In this document: piece after piece, positions 5,222 through 6,590 of the stretch | How positions within the stretch are numbered: position 1 is the stretch's first letter | How the letters are laid out: each line of letters starts with the position of its first letter | DNA from: Candidatus Iainarchaeum sp. | Lineage (GTDB): Archaea; Iainarchaeota; Iainarchaeia; Iainarchaeales; CSSED10-239 | DNA: 6,590 nucleotides | NCBI GenBank assembly: GCA_028693335.1 | Contig: JAQUVR010000032.1 | Location: forward strand, 1 to 6,590 | Direction of reading: 5' to 3' | The notes under the pieces: model-generated | Told to the model about the DNA's origin: nothing | Databases searched by the model: none | What the model saw: only the letters and a program-made list of their open reading frames with translations | Program-made: the position numbers and the translations under genes

Positions 5222-6590
5222 TTATTTTCTTATTTGTCTATTATAGGTAATTGCAAACCTGTGAGCTTCATCTCTTACTCTTTGAAGAATATGAAGTGTT
5301 TTATCTTTTTTAGATAACTTTATTGGAAATAGATTATCTACTTTAAAGACCTCTTCATCTCTTTTTGCAAGAGAGATTAGATCTATTTTATCTAAGATAT
5401 TTAATTCTTCTAATACTTCTTTAGCAGAAGATAATTGGCCCTTTCCACCATCAATAACTATTAGATTAGGCAGATCTTTTTTTTCAGAAATTAGTCTAGA
5501 ATATCTTCTTTTTACAACCTCTTTAATAGAAGAAAAATCATCAATTTTGTCTTTAGGTAAAGATCTTATTTTAAATCTTCTATAATTTTTCTTATCTGGC
5601 AGCCCATCTTTAAAATAAACCATAGATCCAACAGTATCTTTTCCTGAAAAATGAGAAATATCAAAGCATTCAATAACTTTTGGTAAATATTTTAAATTTA
5701 ATTTTTTTTTAAGATCTTCTAAAACAAGTTCATTTTTAAAAAAATTAATTTCAATATTTTTTCTACAAAGGTCTAATAATTCTTTTTTAAGACCTTTCTT
5801 TGGAATTGTTATTTTTATATTAGCTCCTTTTATGTGCTCTAAATATCTCTTTGTATTTTCATTTATTTTTTTAGAAAGAATAATTTCTTTTGGAACTACA
5901 TTATTAGAATAATAACTAATTAAAAAATCATCAATTATAGAGAGATCAACTAATTCAAGATCTGTTTCTTTTTCTATTTTGTTAACTAATGTTCCTTTAT
6001 ATATATTAAATAATAAAAAATAAGCTTTATTATCCTTAATCACAAAATCAACAACATCTTGATCATAGGTTTTTTTTGTTTCCACATTTTGTTTTTCAGT
6101 TAAATATTTAATAGCATTTATTTGATCTCTTAATACAAGAGATTTTTCAAAATTTTTTTTAATTGTATATTCTTTCATTTTTTTATTTAGATTTTCTATA
6201 AGTTCATTACTTTTTCCAGAAAGTATCTTTTTTATATGCTCAATAATTTCTTGATATTCTTTTTCGGTTATTTTTTTAATACATGGTGCAGAGCAATAAC
6301 CGATATGATATCTTATACAAGGAGTTTTTGGTAATCTTTTGCAAGTTCTTAGTTTAAAAGTTTTATTTAGATATTTAATAAGATTAGATCTATTTTGTCC
6401 AGACACAAAAGGACCAAAAACATTTTCATCTTTAAGATTTGGTTTTTCTCTGTGTGTTAGTAATCTAGAAAATTTATCAGAACTTATTTTTATATAAGCG
6501 TATCTTTCTGAATTTTTTAGATCTATGTTATATTACGGTAAATGTTTTTTTATTAAAGTGTTTTCTAGAATTAATGCTTCCAGTTCATTA
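5222..6590 (-). pseudogene. uvrC: excinuclease ABC subunit C (UvrC), 5' end outside the window, interrupted by an in-frame TAA (6533-6535) and lacking the C-terminal (HhH)2 domain
   Basis: Minus-strand frame reads [34 protein letters not shown]...FGPFVSGQ..., continuous with the 394-aa ORF. Compare Bacillus subtilis UvrC [34 protein letters not shown]. Cys4 cluster CKRLPKTPCIRYHIGYCSAPC. UVR domain FEKSLVLRDQINAI. Endonuclease-domain motifs IECFDISH, VIDGGKGQL and RDEAHRFAI. The pseudogene status rests on a single stop codon and could be an assembly error. Confidence 0.8.

Noticed and set aside
5201-5228. AAAATAAAAT / ATTTTATTTT inverted repeat, with a nested 14-nt palindrome at 5203-5216, between the convergent purA and uvrC as a bidirectional terminator
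   Set aside because: The stem is entirely A/T, so stability is very low. Such palindromes are expected by chance at this base composition. It cannot be supported as a terminator from sequence alone.
6533-6535. Possibility that TAA is a reassigned sense codon
   Set aside because: TAA is the terminator of six of the eight complete genes here, plus uvrC itself, while TAG and TGA each terminate one. These gene ends agree with the expected protein lengths. A single nonsense change from AAA, or an assembly error, is far more parsimonious.
1-6590. Search for CRISPR repeats, tRNA/rRNA-like GC-rich segments, transposase or integrase genes, and toxin-antitoxin or defence-type gene pairs
   Set aside because: No regularly spaced direct repeats were found. 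The intergenic regions (732-826, 1406-1471, 2656-2717) are short, extremely AT-rich and lack cloverleaf-capable sequence. Every large ORF has a metabolic, redox, repair or surface-protein explanation.

Overview
Very AT-rich (roughly 25% GC by eye), gene-dense window from a small-genome prokaryote; I cannot tell whether it is a DPANN-type archaeon or a CPR-like bacterium. It holds eight plus-strand genes and one convergent minus-strand gene. In order: a small two-TM protein with a CCC motif, a basic coiled-coil protein of unknown function, a uridine kinase / NRK1-like P-loop kinase, a tight arsR / glutaredoxin-like / 3-Cys peroxiredoxin operon with an upstream palindrome and a downstream hairpin plus T-run, a membrane-anchored coiled-coil protein with a transglutaminase-like Cys-His-acid core, purA, and uvrC. 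Most of this is housekeeping or redox content, and I see no CRISPR array, tRNA/rRNA, transposase, integrase or recognisable defence system. Things worth a second look: (1) uvrC has an in-frame TAA exactly at the conserved Lys/Arg of the GIY-YIG P-K/R-Y-N motif, and it also lacks the C-terminal (HhH)2 domain. (2) The palindrome AGATCT occurs about 10-fold more often than composition predicts, and GATC about 3-fold, mostly through Asp-Leu encoded as GAT-CTN. (3) The ArsR regulator has a vicinal Cys pair at the metal or redox sensing position and sits in front of a thiol peroxidase module. (4) The transglutaminase-like surface protein is not characterised. All three stop codons terminate genes here, and GGAGG-like Shine-Dalgarno motifs precede several genes.
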